DNA of 64,000 nucleotides from a plasmid: sequence record NZ_CP118102.1; one strand, 5' to 3'. Shown piece by piece: positions 63,481 to 64,000 of this stretch (position 1 is its first letter; each line of letters starts with the position of its first letter). The notes under the pieces were generated by a model. It saw only the letters and a program-made list of their open reading frames with translations, ran no database searches and was not told where the DNA came from. The position numbers and the translations under genes were made by a program.

Positions 63481-64000
63481 ATGAAGGATAAGCTTAAAGG
63501 CATGGTTTTAGGAGTTTTAATTAGTTCATTAGTATTGGGTGGTACTGTGACATATGCTGCTACTAATACAAAGTTGAGTGTTGTTTTAGAAAATATAAAG
63601 TATATGTTTGACGGTGTCCATAAACAAACGACTCAGTCCATCATTTATAATGGGACATTGTATGTTCCAGCTAAGAAAGTAGCTCAAGGATTTGGAGAAT
63701 CTTTTACATATGATGGAAAGAACAAGACAGCTTGGTACGGACAAAAGAACGGAACATTTAAATATCTAGATGAAATTAGTTATGCTAGAGTGGACGGGAA
63801 AAATCCAACTGGATCGATTAACTTTAAAAATTGGACGAATCCTGCTAACTTAAAATTTACAATCGCTGACCAACAATATCTTCATGGTATAGGATCAGTA
63901 CTTGATCAAAATTATAGTAGTGGCGATTACCAAAACTCAATTGATTACAATTTAAATGGTAAATATAAAAAATTAACTGGCTTTATTGGAGTTGATGATT
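63481..64000 (+). CDS. secreted protein with a copper-amine-oxidase-N-terminal-like domain (partial, runs off the window end)
   Basis: ATG 63481. Signal peptide MKDKLKGMVLGVLISSLVLGGTVTYA. Pattern ...GTLYVPAKKVAQGFGESFTYDGKNKTAW typical of Cu_amine_oxidN1 stalk domains. No stop before 64000. Confidence 0.5.
   Translation, partial: MKDKLKGMVLGVLISSLVLGGTVTYAATNTKLSVVLENIKYMFDGVHKQTTQSIIYNGTLYVPAKKVAQGFGESFTYDGKNKTAWYGQKNGTFKYLDEISYARVDGKNPTGSINFKNWTNPANLKFTIADQQYLHGIGSVLDQNYSSGDYQNSIDYNLNGKYKKLTGFIGVDD

Overview
This 64-kb window is from a Gram-positive chromosome, probably Paenibacillus- or Bacillus-like, and is visibly mosaic. A high-GC core block (about 14.3-54.4 kb) is flanked by two low-GC accessory regions. 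By eye, GC content switches sharply near 14.3 kb and 54.4 kb.

The core block carries:
- a sugar ABC transporter with three solute-binding proteins and two permeases;
- an ABC-F ATPase with a leader/attenuator;
- a fatR-like TetR regulator plus a CYP102 P450-reductase fusion;
- an M28 peptidase, a GNAT acetyltransferase, an old-yellow-enzyme and an SDR;
- a tightly translationally coupled 6-gene operon (FabH-like KASIII, ATP-grasp, NAD-epimerase, MBL hydrolase, F390-synthetase-like acyl-AMP ligase, acyltransferase-like) with an upstream proline-repeat gene and an amidase;
- a frameshifted alpha/beta hydrolase;
- an AraC-regulated glycoside-oxidation set (TIM-barrel isomerase, Gfo/Idh/MocA, large FAD oxidoreductase);
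- an amino-acid ABC transporter plus an LLM monooxygenase, an MFS transporter and a TetR.

The left region (1-14.3 kb) starts inside a merA-bearing Tn3-family transposon. Its 38-bp terminal inverted repeat (IR) is at 1838-1875 and is of the Tn4430 type (GGGGTACCGCCAAC...ACGCTAAG). A 12.2-kb segment follows, carrying:
- a large protein with a PD-(D/E)xK-like motif;
- PadR, flanked by GTGT-N2-ACAC dyads;
- a Rad52-like annealing protein;
- a DinG-like helicase, a DUF457 hydrolase and a LuxR HTH;
- an S/T/N/D tandem-repeat protein.

The segment ends at a second 38-bp IR (14052-14089) whose GGGG end faces inward.

The right region (54430 to the window end) starts with a third 38-bp IR. It interrupts a ctaB-like heme O synthase gene mid-codon, and the junction creates the stop codon. 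Its cargo includes an operon of an E2-like protein, a ubiquitin-like(GG)-JAB fusion and an E1-like protein. This is a candidate ubiquitin-like conjugation (Bil/Bub-type) anti-phage system. The same region carries a PAPS-reductase-like PP-loop gene, a HicB-like protein, an XRE regulator and a tyrosine recombinase.

Three long tandem arrays (50 bp x11, 51 bp x9, 132 bp x4) are not CRISPR.
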